A stretch of 64,000 nucleotides of DNA from Desulfobacterales bacterium. Its GTDB lineage: Bacteria > Desulfobacterota > Desulfobacteria > Desulfobacterales > JAQWFD01. The stretch covers positions 14,608 through 78,607 of the forward strand of contig JAQWFD010000008.1 in the NCBI GenBank assembly GCA_028704555.1, read 5' to 3'. Position 1 is the stretch's first letter, and every line of letters starts with the position of its first letter. Shown piece by piece: positions 37,887 through 47,290 of the stretch. The translations under genes were made by a program, and so were the position numbers. The notes under the pieces are model-generated. The model was given only the letters and a program-made list of their open reading frames with translations, ran no database searches and was not told the DNA's origin.

Positions 37887-38114
37887 TCAGCACCATGTCC
37901 CATTACCTGCTGCGCGATCAACGGAGCCAGCCCCATGATGCTTCGGAATATCGAAGCTTTTCCCCGCATCGTTTCGACCGAAAAATCCAACGACCTGGAC
38001 TTCCTCTACGTTCAGGCTCAAGCCAAACAGAACCTGCGATTTCCCATAGAAGCTGTTGATATTTTTATATGGCTCATGTTGTGTTTCAGGGTCGTAAAGT
38101 GGCCAAAAACAATT
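37887..38114 (-). pseudogene. Remnant of a LivF-type ABC transporter ATPase (N-terminal about 75 codons)
   Basis: The minus-strand frame reads YKNINSFYGKSQVLFGLSLNVEEVQVVGFFGRNDAGKS, with a damaged Walker A. There is no start codon. The expected continuation IFRSIMGL lies in another frame, and the rest of the gene is absent. Confidence 0.6.
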
Positions 38115-38176
38115 TTATTTTAACCAACTCACGATAGGCGTCCGGCGGATGCAGGTAAATATAAAGGCACTGACAG

Positions 38177-38510
38177 ATGATGCGCAAGGTTACGACACGG
38201 TACGCGAATTGCGTTGAACAGAAGGAAGGCGGTATCCGTTTTGTAATTCCAAACGAGTAATCAAAAGGGGGTTCAACGAAAAGGGGCCTGCCAGACAGCG
38301 CTATGGGTGTAAAAATTGCGAAAAACGCTTCGATGCTCTGACCGGCACCCTATTGGCTGAACGCCATCACCCCTCTGGATAGTGTGCCTTTATTTCATGA
38401 GACTGAATTTGTCCAATAAACGGATCGACAGGGAACTGGATCTGGACCGCACCGAAGTTCAGAAAATATCCACACAACTTCGTAAAGGAATGGAAATTCC
38501 CATACGATTG
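38177..38510 (+). pseudogene. Remnant of an IS1595-family (ISXO2-like) transposase, N-terminal Zn-ribbon/HTH part only
   Basis: YPFCNSKRVIKRGFNEKGPARQRYGCKNCEKRFDALTGTLLAERHHP is followed, after a frameshift, by LWIVCLYFMRLNLSNKRIDRELDLDRTEVQKISTQLRKG. The first Cys of the CxxC is replaced by Tyr. There is an upstream stop and frame change, and no DDE domain. Confidence 0.65.
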
Positions 38511-38512
38511 AA

Positions 38513-39187
38513 TTATTTCAAACTGCGATAATAGCTGTCAATATTATAAACAGCGGCCAGAGGATTGTGGCCCAGCAGACGGTCCTTGACCGCCAGCACC
38601 GTACACGGGGCCTCGGCATATTTGAAAAACAGCGAATCATGTCCGACACACAGCCCGAGCAGAATATTAAAATCCGTCTTTTCATCGTTTAACATCATTG
38701 CCTGCAGAACAGGATTACACATGGTTTCAAACTGCCCGCTGCAGATTTTTTCCTCTTCTTTGACACCGATGACTTCCTTAGGCACCCGCCCCACCTTGCA
38801 CACGACCGATACCACCTCAAAGCCGCCGGATGAGAAAACCGCCTCTACGATTCCGGCCTCCTTGCGAAGCCCTACACAGAACGCAAGCCCCAAACGCCTG
38901 TATTTCATCTTTTTCGCAAATTCCATCACTTCCACGATACGGGATTTAACCGGTTTAACATGGGCATACCCCAGATGTTTATCTCCATAGCCTTCAGCCT
39001 CCTGAAGCGATGACTGCCTGGCAAACTCCTTTACCTCCGGTATTTCATATTCCTTCAGGCTCTTTTCGATGATCGCCTGTTTGGTTTTGGTCGGACAATT
39101 TTCCGGGGACTTGCCCCCTTCGATTTTGCACAGCCTCTGTGCCATTTCAAACGGACACCGGGCACATTGAGCACCTTTGTCAGACAT
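38513..39187 (-). CDS. DUF1847-family metal-binding protein
   Basis: Cys-rich N-terminus CARCPFEMAQRLC...CPT with LLGLCVGHD. Matches my recollection of DUF1847. Confidence 0.6.
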   Translation of the reverse strand: MSDKGAQCARCPFEMAQRLCKIEGGKSPENCPTKTKQAIIEKSLKEYEIPEVKEFARQSSLQEAEGYGDKHLGYAHVKPVKSRIVEVMEFAKKMKYRRLGLAFCVGLRKEAGIVEAVFSSGGFEVVSVVCKVGRVPKEVIGVKEEEKICSGQFETMCNPVLQAMMLNDEKTDFNILLGLCVGHDSLFFKYAEAPCTVLAVKDRLLGHNPLAAVYNIDSYYRSLK

Positions 39188-39301
39188 GTTTTTCGACTCC
39201 TTTCAAAAATTTGCGAAAACTGGTTTTAAAATATAAAAAAAACAGGCTTCAGGCAACGCTCAGGACCTTGACCGCTGACTCATGACTGCTTCTTCTCCAA
39301 C

Positions 39302-41491
39302 TTACAACGGTAGAGTATACTGCCTGAGCCGCTGATCCAGGCGGGTAAAGCGTTTCTGAGTCTTGTCGTTATGAACGGCCATGGCCAGTGCTTTGCGGCT
39401 GCCCACCATCACGACCAGTTGTTTGGCCCGTGTAACGGCCGTGTAGATCAGATTGCGCTGCAGCAGGATATAATGCTGCATCATCACCGGAATCACCACG
39501 ACCGGATATTCAGAGCCCTGGGATTTGTGAACCGATACGGCATAGGCCAGCACCACTTCATCCAGCTCCGAATAGTCATAGACCACATCGCGCCCGTCAA
39601 AAGAGATAATCACGTCCTGGTCTTCGGCCAGGATCTTCCGGATTCGTCCGATATCGCCGTTAAAGACCTCTTTATCATAATTGTTTTTGATCTGCATGAC
39701 CTTATCGGTCACCCGGTAGGTACGGCCTGCCCGGACAATGCCCCCGGTGCCGGGATTCAACGCCTGCTGCAGTGTTTCGTTCAGGTTGCCGGCGCCGACA
39801 ATTCCCTTGTGCATAGGCGTCAGCACCTGGATATCATCGACCGGATCATGCCCGTAACGGGCCGGTATCCGGTCCCGGACCAACCGCAATATAATGTCGA
39901 GCACTTTTTCCGGATCTTCCTGCCGAATAAAATAAAAATCGGTCTTCGGGCCGGACGAATCCATATCCGGCACAATGCCACTGTTGATCTTGTGGGCATT
40001 GACGATAATCCGGCTGTTTTTCGCCTGGCGAAAAATCTCATTCAGTTCCACCACGGGCACAACCCCTGAGCCGATAATATCGTTGAGCACGTTTCCGGCT
40101 CCCACCGACGGCAGCTGATTGACATCGCCTACCAGAATCACGGTCGCCTGAACCGGCACGGCTTTGAGCAGATGATGCATCAGAATGGTATCAATCATCG
40201 AGGCCTCGTCCACGATGAGCAGATCACAGTCCAGCGGGCTATCATCGTTTTTCTGAAATCCGCCCTTTTTAAAACTGTATTCCAGAAGCCGGTGGATGGT
40301 TTTCGCTTCATGGCCCGTTGTTTCGGTCATGCGCTTGGCCGCCCGGCCCGTCGGAGCGGCCATCAGAACGGTGGCATGGTTTCCGGAAAAAATTTTGAGT
40401 ACCGAATTGATGATGGTGGTTTTTCCGGTTCCCGGTCCCCCGGTGATCACCAGGACCTTGGTGCCGATGGCGCTTTTAACCGCTTCGACCTGTTTTTCCG
40501 CCAGCTTGATGGCCAGATGCTCCTGGACCCACTGGATCGCGCGGTCCGCATCCAGGGCAGGACCCGCTTTCGGAGCGCTCATGAGCATACGGAGCCGGCT
40601 GGTAATGCGGGTCTCGCACAGGTGATATTTAGCCAGATATACGGCCTTGTAATTTTCCTTAAACGCCTCGATGCTCTCATTGAGATCTTCGATAACAATT
40701 TTCTGCGCAGCACAGATCGCCGCCAGGGCATCTGCGATCACCTCCCTGTCCACCTGGAGCAGCTCCCGGCATTTTTCGATAAGCGGCTCATACGGGTAAT
40801 AGACATGGCCTTCATCGGCCAGCCGGTGCAGCACATAGATGATCCCGGCTTCGGCCCTGAACCTGGACTGTTTATCAAAACCGAGACTGGATGCAATCTT
40901 GTCGGCCGTAACAAAACCGATGCCGAAGATATCGGTAGCCAGTCGATAGGGATTTTCACTGACCACGGCAATGGCGTCGTTTCCGTATTCTTTGAAAATT
41001 TTGGTGGCATAGCCGGAGCTGACCCCGTGGCGCTGCAGAAACACCATAACCTCCCGGATTTCCTTCTGGGCCTGCCAGGCGCCGCGGATCATTTCAATCC
41101 GCTTTTTTCCAATGCCGTCGACCTCGGCAAGCCGCTCGATGTGATGCTCGATAATATCGAAGGTATCCTCACCAAAGGCTTTGACAATCCGGGCAGCCAT
41201 TTTCGGACCCAGGCCCTTGATCAACCCGGATCCCAGATATTTTTTGATACCATAAACCGTCGCCGGTACCGCGGTCTCATAATTGACCACCCTGAACTGC
41301 TCGCCAAACCGGGGATGTTGGGTCCACTCGCCTTTCATGTTCAGGACTGCACCCGGCGCCGGCTCCATGATATTGCCGACCACCGTCACCAGATCCGGAC
41401 GACCATAGACCTTCAGCCGGGCTATGGTGTAACCGTTTTCTTCATTGGCATAGGTAATTCGTTCAATTTGACCGGATAAATCGATTAGCAT
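39302..41491 (-). CDS. recD2: RecD2-type SF1B ATP-dependent DNA helicase
   Basis: 729 aa. N-terminal OB/HhH region (IERITYANEENGYTIARL). Walker A GGPGTGKTT. VGDVNQLPSVGAGN. C-terminal SVHKSQGSEY. Confidence 0.9.
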   Translation of the reverse strand: MLIDLSGQIERITYANEENGYTIARLKVYGRPDLVTVVGNIMEPAPGAVLNMKGEWTQHPRFGEQFRVVNYETAVPATVYGIKKYLGSGLIKGLGPKMAARIVKAFGEDTFDIIEHHIERLAEVDGIGKKRIEMIRGAWQAQKEIREVMVFLQRHGVSSGYATKIFKEYGNDAIAVVSENPYRLATDIFGIGFVTADKIASSLGFDKQSRFRAEAGIIYVLHRLADEGHVYYPYEPLIEKCRELLQVDREVIADALAAICAAQKIVIEDLNESIEAFKENYKAVYLAKYHLCETRITSRLRMLMSAPKAGPALDADRAIQWVQEHLAIKLAEKQVEAVKSAIGTKVLVITGGPGTGKTTIINSVLKIFSGNHATVLMAAPTGRAAKRMTETTGHEAKTIHRLLEYSFKKGGFQKNDDSPLDCDLLIVDEASMIDTILMHHLLKAVPVQATVILVGDVNQLPSVGAGNVLNDIIGSGVVPVVELNEIFRQAKNSRIIVNAHKINSGIVPDMDSSGPKTDFYFIRQEDPEKVLDIILRLVRDRIPARYGHDPVDDIQVLTPMHKGIVGAGNLNETLQQALNPGTGGIVRAGRTYRVTDKVMQIKNNYDKEVFNGDIGRIRKILAEDQDVIISFDGRDVVYDYSELDEVVLAYAVSVHKSQGSEYPVVVIPVMMQHYILLQRNLIYTAVTRAKQLVVMVGSRKALAMAVHNDKTQKRFTRLDQRLRQYTLPL

Positions 41492-41593
41492 AGTGATAAA
41501 CGTTATATAAAAGCCTCAATGAATTTTCCATACTTACTGCCAGAATACACCTCAGTTATTAACACTATATGGTTGAAAGGTATATATTTTTCA

Positions 41594-41729
41594 GGCTTGA
41601 TCATTACTGCGGCCATATTCTCTTACGTGTAGTTTCAAAGTCCCGGCCGTTCCCGGCGTATCGTGCTGGAGAAGCCGGGACCGGCCGGGACGGTCCTCAC
41701 GACGTTATGGCCGAAGTTATGATCAGGCC
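41594..41729 (+). repeat. Copy B (full length) of the intergenic repeat: 136-nt doubly hairpinned element
   Basis: Outer stem 41594-41616 / 41707-41729 (20 of 23 bp). Inner stem tcccggccgttcccggc / gccgggaccggccggga at 41641-41657 / 41674-41690 (16 of 17 bp). The first 67 nt are 94% identical to 32763-32829. Confidence 0.85.
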
Positions 41730-41848
41730 GGCACCTGATATAGCCTGGCATCATGCCTTACTCCGAATTTTTCTTTACACAGATCGCCACCAGCCTTTAA
41801 AATAATACAACAGGCGTTGTCCGTATTCGCACCTGTCTGTTTTCACAA

Positions 41849-42733
41849 ATGGTTTTCATGGCCCTGAGTATCATTTTTGATAAAGGATGCAATCCCATGC
41901 CTGTATCTCGCTGGATAAAAATGGCATTCCACAGGCTTATAAATCAATTTTATTCCCGCTGGCCACAACCCATACCCGCCAGGAAACGGTTTGAGGATGT
42001 TCATATCATCTCCCACCGGGGCGAGCATGACAACCTCAGCCTGATAGAAAACACCATCCCGGCATTTGACCGTGTCCGGGATGAAGGCGTCTGGGGCATC
42101 GAACTGGATATTCAGTGGACCCTGGATCACCAGCCGGTGGTATTTCACGATACAACCGGACGGAGGCTGTTCGATTCAGAGGCTGAAATCCGCCTTCTGA
42201 GCCTTTCGGAACTTCAAACGGATTTTCCCCTGATCCCGTCCCTGGAGGAAGTTATCGACCGATACGGGGGCAGCCTGCATCTGATGATCGAACTCAAAAA
42301 AGAGACATTTCCGGATTCTCCGCGACATATCCGGCAACTGAAAGACCTGCTGTCCCCCCTTTCGCCTCAACGTGATTATCATCTTCTGTCATTGAATGAG
42401 CCCCTGTTTGATCGGATCGATTTTTTACCTTCACAGACGTTCATACCGATTGCCGAACTCAATTTCAGGCATCTGAGCGCTGTCGCACTCCGGAAACACT
42501 ACGGGGGAATTACCGGCCATTACCTGTTTCTGAACAACACCCTCCTGCAAACCCATCACCGGCAGGGACAACAGACAGGAACCGGTTTTATTGAATCCGA
42601 AAACTGCCTGTATCGTGAAATCAACCGGGGGGTGGACTGGGTGTTCACGAATCAGGCTGTCAAACTTCAACGGATCTGGGAAAAAAAGCGGGTGGCGGAT
42701 GGAAATTTTGCTGAAGCATCTTTAAAAAATTAA
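41849..42733 (+). CDS. Glycerophosphodiester phosphodiesterase (GDPD) family protein
   Basis: HIISHRGEHDN...ENTIPAF...GIELDIQWTLDHQPVVFHD. The start is uncertain (in-frame ATGs at 41849, 41858, 41897 and 41921). Confidence 0.75.
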   Translation: MVFMALSIIFDKGCNPMPVSRWIKMAFHRLINQFYSRWPQPIPARKRFEDVHIISHRGEHDNLSLIENTIPAFDRVRDEGVWGIELDIQWTLDHQPVVFHDTTGRRLFDSEAEIRLLSLSELQTDFPLIPSLEEVIDRYGGSLHLMIELKKETFPDSPRHIRQLKDLLSPLSPQRDYHLLSLNEPLFDRIDFLPSQTFIPIAELNFRHLSAVALRKHYGGITGHYLFLNNTLLQTHHRQGQQTGTGFIESENCLYREINRGVDWVFTNQAVKLQRIWEKKRVADGNFAEASLKN

Positions 42734-42881
42734 GTTTGATGGCCTTGTAAAAAGTCATATCTATCCCTCATCTGCCATTCACCTTAAATAAAAATTTTAG
42801 TAATTTCAGTATGTTCTGGATTCCCGCTATGCGGGAATGACAGGGGTGGGTATTTTTTACGAGTTCATCAATTTTCAACAC

Positions 42882-44210
42882 CTATAATTTTTTTGCTTCC
42901 TCCCGCCCTTTTTCCTCATCCACGAACTGCAGCAGTACCAGTCCGCACAGAAAAAGCAGCAGCACCGAGGCAATGGAGCATCTGGACGCCAGCCGGCCGA
43001 TATGGACGATCTGCTCCGGCGTCGGCAATGGCGGCATCAGCATCTGTCTTACCCCAAGACCCACAACGCCCATCAGAACCGGACCGATAATAGCCGCAAA
43101 CCGGCCCAGCATATTGTAAAATCCGAAAAACTCGGCAGATTGCGATTCGGGAATCAAGCGGGAATAAAAGGATCGACTCAACGCCTGGAGGCCGCCTTGG
43201 ACCAGGCCGATCATCACAGCGAGAGCATAAAACTCCCGGGGTCGCGTCATGAATACCCCCCACAGGGTGATGCCCATGTAGGTGGCCACCGCCAGGCAGA
43301 TGGACCGACGGACGCCCCACTTCTGCCCGAGCTTGCTGAATGCCAGCGCGGAGGGAAACCCTACAAACTGGACGATCAGAAGGGCTGAAATCAAATCGGA
43401 CGATGCGAACCCCAGAGATATGCCATAGTCCACGGCCATGCGGATAATGGTATCGACCCCGTCGATATAGCACCAGTAGGCCAGGAGAAACACCCCGACC
43501 ACTTTTAAATGCCGTATCCGCTGAACGGTCCGGGCCAGTTGACGAAACCCTTCCAGGCCCATATCCCCTGTTGCGGGTTGCCCGGAGCCGGGCGGCTCCT
43601 CCCGAACCCAGACGGCCGTGAACAGGGCAAACAGCCCCCACCACAGGGCCACGCTGAGAAATGAGTACCGAACAGCTTCGGTGGCATCGGCCAGCCCGAA
43701 TCGAGACGGATACAGGGTCATCAGCACATTGAAAAGAAACAGAAGGCCGCCGCCCAGATACCCGAGGGCATAACCCAGTCCGGACACCACATCTCTGTCC
43801 CGTTCACTGGCAACTGCCGGCAGCAGGGCATCGTAAAAGACATTGGCCCCGGAAAACCCGATTCCCCCCAACACATAGACGAACACCGCCCAGCCCCACT
43901 GCCCCCTTTGCACCTGAAACAGGCACGCGGTCATCAGCACGCCCAGGTACGCAAAGCCCAACAGAAATTTTTTCCGTGCCCGGCCCCGGTCCGCCATGGC
44001 ACCCAGAACTGGCGCCATCAATGCGATCAGCAGGCTGGCACCTGAATTGGCCAGCCCCAGCCGGGCGGTGCTCAGATTGGCATCCACGCCGAAGCTCCAG
44101 TACTGTTTAAAAAACAACGGGAAAAAACCGGCCATCACCGTTGTGGCAAACGCAGAGTTTGCCCAGTCATACATGGCCCATCCCCATATGGATTTATGAC
44201 AGGGTTTCAT
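42882..44210 (-). CDS. MFS transporter, UMF1 family
   Basis: N-terminus WGWAMYDWANSAFATTVMAGFFP and about 12 predicted TM stretches. Start taken at MKPCHK; the tracked start is 44285. Confidence 0.8.
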   Translation of the reverse strand: MKPCHKSIWGWAMYDWANSAFATTVMAGFFPLFFKQYWSFGVDANLSTARLGLANSGASLLIALMAPVLGAMADRGRARKKFLLGFAYLGVLMTACLFQVQRGQWGWAVFVYVLGGIGFSGANVFYDALLPAVASERDRDVVSGLGYALGYLGGGLLFLFNVLMTLYPSRFGLADATEAVRYSFLSVALWWGLFALFTAVWVREEPPGSGQPATGDMGLEGFRQLARTVQRIRHLKVVGVFLLAYWCYIDGVDTIIRMAVDYGISLGFASSDLISALLIVQFVGFPSALAFSKLGQKWGVRRSICLAVATYMGITLWGVFMTRPREFYALAVMIGLVQGGLQALSRSFYSRLIPESQSAEFFGFYNMLGRFAAIIGPVLMGVVGLGVRQMLMPPLPTPEQIVHIGRLASRCSIASVLLLFLCGLVLLQFVDEEKGREEAKKL

Positions 44211-44439
44211 AACGGCATTTTGGCCCCGATACGTTGAGGTGAAAAAAAAATACGGAAAGATCAAAGCTGAATACAGGGGGAGCATAGAACAAAACAGGCA
44301 TTACGACAAGATTTTTTGGCGGGGACCAAGGGCCCGGATGGATACATCCGACAGGCTGTGACCGTGTTGCGCCAGCAGTTAAAGGGAGCAAACCCGTGCG
44401 GGGGCATGTCATTGACTTTCACAAAATCCAACTGATTAT

Positions 44440-44886
44440 TCAGGCCGTTCCAATAGGTTCTGCATCGGAAAGCAGTTCGTTCCTCCGATAATCCGAAATG
44501 ATTTTTCCAATGAGCTGATTTTTCATTTTTTCTATCATATACGTAATCTTGGAAATCATAAGGCCCCTGATCAGATAGCCTACGGCGAATTGTTGGGATT
44601 TATCCAAGCTGGCGGTGTCAATCGTCTTGAAGATATCCTCTATCACCGGGGCAATCATGTTGTTCATCTGTTTCTGGGCAGATGTCAATTCTCCATTCTT
44701 CTTTGTACCCCATACCGCAGGAATAATGTAAGTAATGGGCCGTGACAGCAATTCAGTCACAAACGCTTGAAACACATCGACGGCGACCTGATCAATAAGG
44801 GTTCCCATACGTTCAACCCGTGCCATCAATTCACCGGAATCCGGCATGTTTTCCTCATGATATCTGCTGCGCTGAAATGTTTTCAT
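44440..44886 (-). CDS. Hypothetical protein (148 aa)
   Basis: ATG 44886 is preceded by ggaggg. The composition is helical and protein-like. No family recognised. Same strand as the MFS gene and upstream of it. Confidence 0.5.
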   Translation of the reverse strand: MKTFQRSRYHEENMPDSGELMARVERMGTLIDQVAVDVFQAFVTELLSRPITYIIPAVWGTKKNGELTSAQKQMNNMIAPVIEDIFKTIDTASLDKSQQFAVGYLIRGLMISKITYMIEKMKNQLIGKIISDYRRNELLSDAEPIGTA

Positions 44887-45226
44887 AATATAATCCCTCC
44901 GGAAATTTCCCTTGCTATCATCTGCCTGATACAAATAGGAACATCCGGATTGGTATGTTCCGGTCATTTCATAAACGCATTATCCACCCGGAGGCATTCA
45001 GGATATGACGGTTTCTCGGAAAGCCGGCTGCGAAAAAAATCAGCGGACCTGTCTGCCTTAACGAGTCAAATCAGTCAAGCCCCTGTGAAAAGCGGAATGT
45101 GAACGTCAATTGATGAACAACCGTTGCCGGGTAAAACGAAGATTGGGAGTAAGCTCAAAAAGTATCCGTGTTTATTAAAATAATAGATCAGCCATAAAAT
45201 TCAAGTCAACATATATATCAAGTATG

Positions 45227-45487
45227 TCAAGATATCATTGCTATTATAATCGTCATGCTTCGATTCGGCGACAAATCCGGCATCTTTCCGAACATTTTAA
45301 AACAGCAATCCGGTGCACCCGATCCGTCCGGAATCTGAAAATCACGTTGTTCATCCTCAAACCGAATTTTCTCGAGTTTGATTTTTTCCTGTGCTATAAT
45401 TTTTCGAAAATGTCGCAGGTCTGTCCGACCTGTCCGATGAAAAAACAGACTGCCTCTCACAATTGGATATATCCGACATTTTTCCAT
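45227..45487 (-). CDS. Possible small hypothetical protein (86 aa)
   Basis: ATG 45487 with aaagg upstream; charged coiled-coil-like middle. It competes with a + strand ORF over the same DNA, and neither is convincing. Confidence 0.25.
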   Translation of the reverse strand: MEKCRIYPIVRGSLFFHRTGRTDLRHFRKIIAQEKIKLEKIRFEDEQRDFQIPDGSGAPDCCFKMFGKMPDLSPNRSMTIIIAMIS

Positions 45488-45563
45488 CAACCTTTTGCAA
45501 CCCACCTGATCGGTTCGAATCCTGTCGGGAACTACTCAAAAAATACATAGAAAGGGGTTGGGC

Positions 45564-46238
45564 GTGTTAGGTACTATTGTCAATGCTCTGGCCATTATCG
45601 CAGGCACATTGGTCGGCCTCATTTTCAGGCGGGGGATCCCCAAACGATATATAGACGGAATCATGACCGCTGTAAGCCTGGCAGTCATTTTAATCGGACT
45701 GAAAGGGGCTTTGAAATCCGACGATATGTTGATCGTCATTTCCAGTCTGGTCATCGGAACCGTAGCCGGTGAATTTTTACAGATTGAAGAAAATCTGGAA
45801 AAATTCGGCCGCTGGATCGGAGCCAAGTTCTCAACTGGCGGAGACAGTATCGCCAAGGGGTTTGTAACGGCAAGCCTTGTGTATTGTGTGGGGGCCATGG
45901 CCATTGTCGGTTCACTGGAAAGCGGACTGACCGGCAATCATCAGACCCTGTTTGCAAAATCCATTTTGGACGGAATCATTTCGATTGTTTTTGCCACATC
46001 CCTCGGAGCAGGGGTCATGCTCGCTTCCTTATCGGTATTCATATATCAGGGAATTATCACATTGACCGCATCGTTTATGGCACAGTTTTTAATTCCCTCT
46101 GTCATATCACAGATGACATCCGTAGGCGGATTATTGATCATGTGCATCGGCACCAACATGCTTGAAATAAAAAAAATCAAGGTTGGAAATATGCTCCCGG
46201 CAATTTTTATTCCACTGCTGTACTTTATGATAAAATAA
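45564..46238 (+). CDS. DUF554-family membrane protein
   Basis: (M)LGTIVNALAIIAGTLVGLIF... is the typical DUF554 N-terminus, with multiple TM segments. GTG 45564 is preferred over TTG 45558. Confidence 0.8.
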   Translation: MLGTIVNALAIIAGTLVGLIFRRGIPKRYIDGIMTAVSLAVILIGLKGALKSDDMLIVISSLVIGTVAGEFLQIEENLEKFGRWIGAKFSTGGDSIAKGFVTASLVYCVGAMAIVGSLESGLTGNHQTLFAKSILDGIISIVFATSLGAGVMLASLSVFIYQGIITLTASFMAQFLIPSVISQMTSVGGLLIMCIGTNMLEIKKIKVGNMLPAIFIPLLYFMIK

Positions 46239-46369
46239 AAGGTCTGATAAATCGCCAGATTCACGGCGGGCGAAAACTTTAACTGATCAAATACACTTAA
46301 TATTTTGAGCAGTAAAATTTTCGCCCAACGCGGGAATTGACAAAACGGACAGCTTTTTTAAAGCACTAT

Positions 46370-47101
46370 TTAAAAATTTAATGTCAGCGTATGAATTTTT
46401 CCGGTATCTTTTTCCAGCAGCTGAAGCCGGAGACTGCGAGCCGTTTTTGCTTCTCCCGGGAAAAACAGAAATCCAAAGGCAATAGCCCCGGGAGATACCG
46501 GCTGATTCTGCAGCGACTTTTCGCGCAAGTCCGTTGTGATGGATCTTCTGGCCTCATCTGACCCGTACGCACCGGCTCCCCCGATGGTAGCGCCTGCGGC
46601 TGCACCCACAGCCGCACCTTTTCCGACAGCTGACCCGATATTTTCACCGGTAACAATGCCGATGGCGGCGCCAATGATCGATCCGGCTGCCGCACCCAGA
46701 AAACCGTGATAAGCGCTCGACTTGAAAATCTCATTGGTTTCGGCATATTTTGTCGCCCGGTCATAGGCGATCTTGGTGTTGAGAACCGGCCAGATATTGC
46801 CTGTCTGATCTTCCAAAAAGACCTGGGTCCCATTCAATTCAAAGGTATGCGGCCCCTGGTTATCAAACACCACCTCAACCGGCAGCATACCGGCGGCCAG
46901 TATGTCAAAACCAAACGACTCTTTAGTCTTTGCCGGATCCGTGTATGCCCCGGCTGCCACCTGGACGCCACTGACGGTCTGAACATTCGGATACGTAGAC
47001 GGCATTTTAAATGGTAACGGTTTTACCTTATAGGCCGTTGAACAGGCGGCCATTCCAACGATACAACTGACAATGCAAATCACCCTGAAGATTTTTCTCA
47101 T
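46370..47101 (-). CDS. Lipoprotein with glycine-zipper C-terminal region
   Basis: MRKIFRVICIVSCIVGMAAC lipobox, and GFLGAAAGSIIGAAIGIVTGENIGSAVGKGAAVGAAAGATIGGAGAYG. The tracked start at 47191 is probably too long. Confidence 0.7.
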   Translation of the reverse strand: MRKIFRVICIVSCIVGMAACSTAYKVKPLPFKMPSTYPNVQTVSGVQVAAGAYTDPAKTKESFGFDILAAGMLPVEVVFDNQGPHTFELNGTQVFLEDQTGNIWPVLNTKIAYDRATKYAETNEIFKSSAYHGFLGAAAGSIIGAAIGIVTGENIGSAVGKGAAVGAAAGATIGGAGAYGSDEARRSITTDLREKSLQNQPVSPGAIAFGFLFFPGEAKTARSLRLQLLEKDTGKIHTLTLNF

Positions 47102-47290
47102 GATCGTTCCTCCTGTTCGGGAAAGGTTAATGGCGAAATAAACAAATTTTACGATTTTACGAAACATTCTTTGCAAAGGCGTAACGTGCAAGAATCCGGA
47201 TCAGGGGCTCACGCCTGAAGCATGGATTCCGCATCTCGTATCCAAGATTAGCAAAAAACCAATTACGCTGCAAGATCAAACAAAATCAGG

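Noticed and set aside
40172-41479. 435-aa ORF on the + strand covering most of recD2
   Set aside because: It is fully antisense to a helicase gene with all SF1 motifs. Its composition is Gly/Arg/Pro/His-rich and low-complexity, typical of the mirror frame of a GC-biased gene. It has no RBS and no recognisable motif.
42820-42838. attcccgc-tat-gcgggaat hairpin between the convergent GDPD and MFS genes, considered as a terminator
   Set aside because: The loop is only 3 nt and there is no adjacent U-tract on either strand. It may contribute to termination, but the evidence is too weak to list as a feature.
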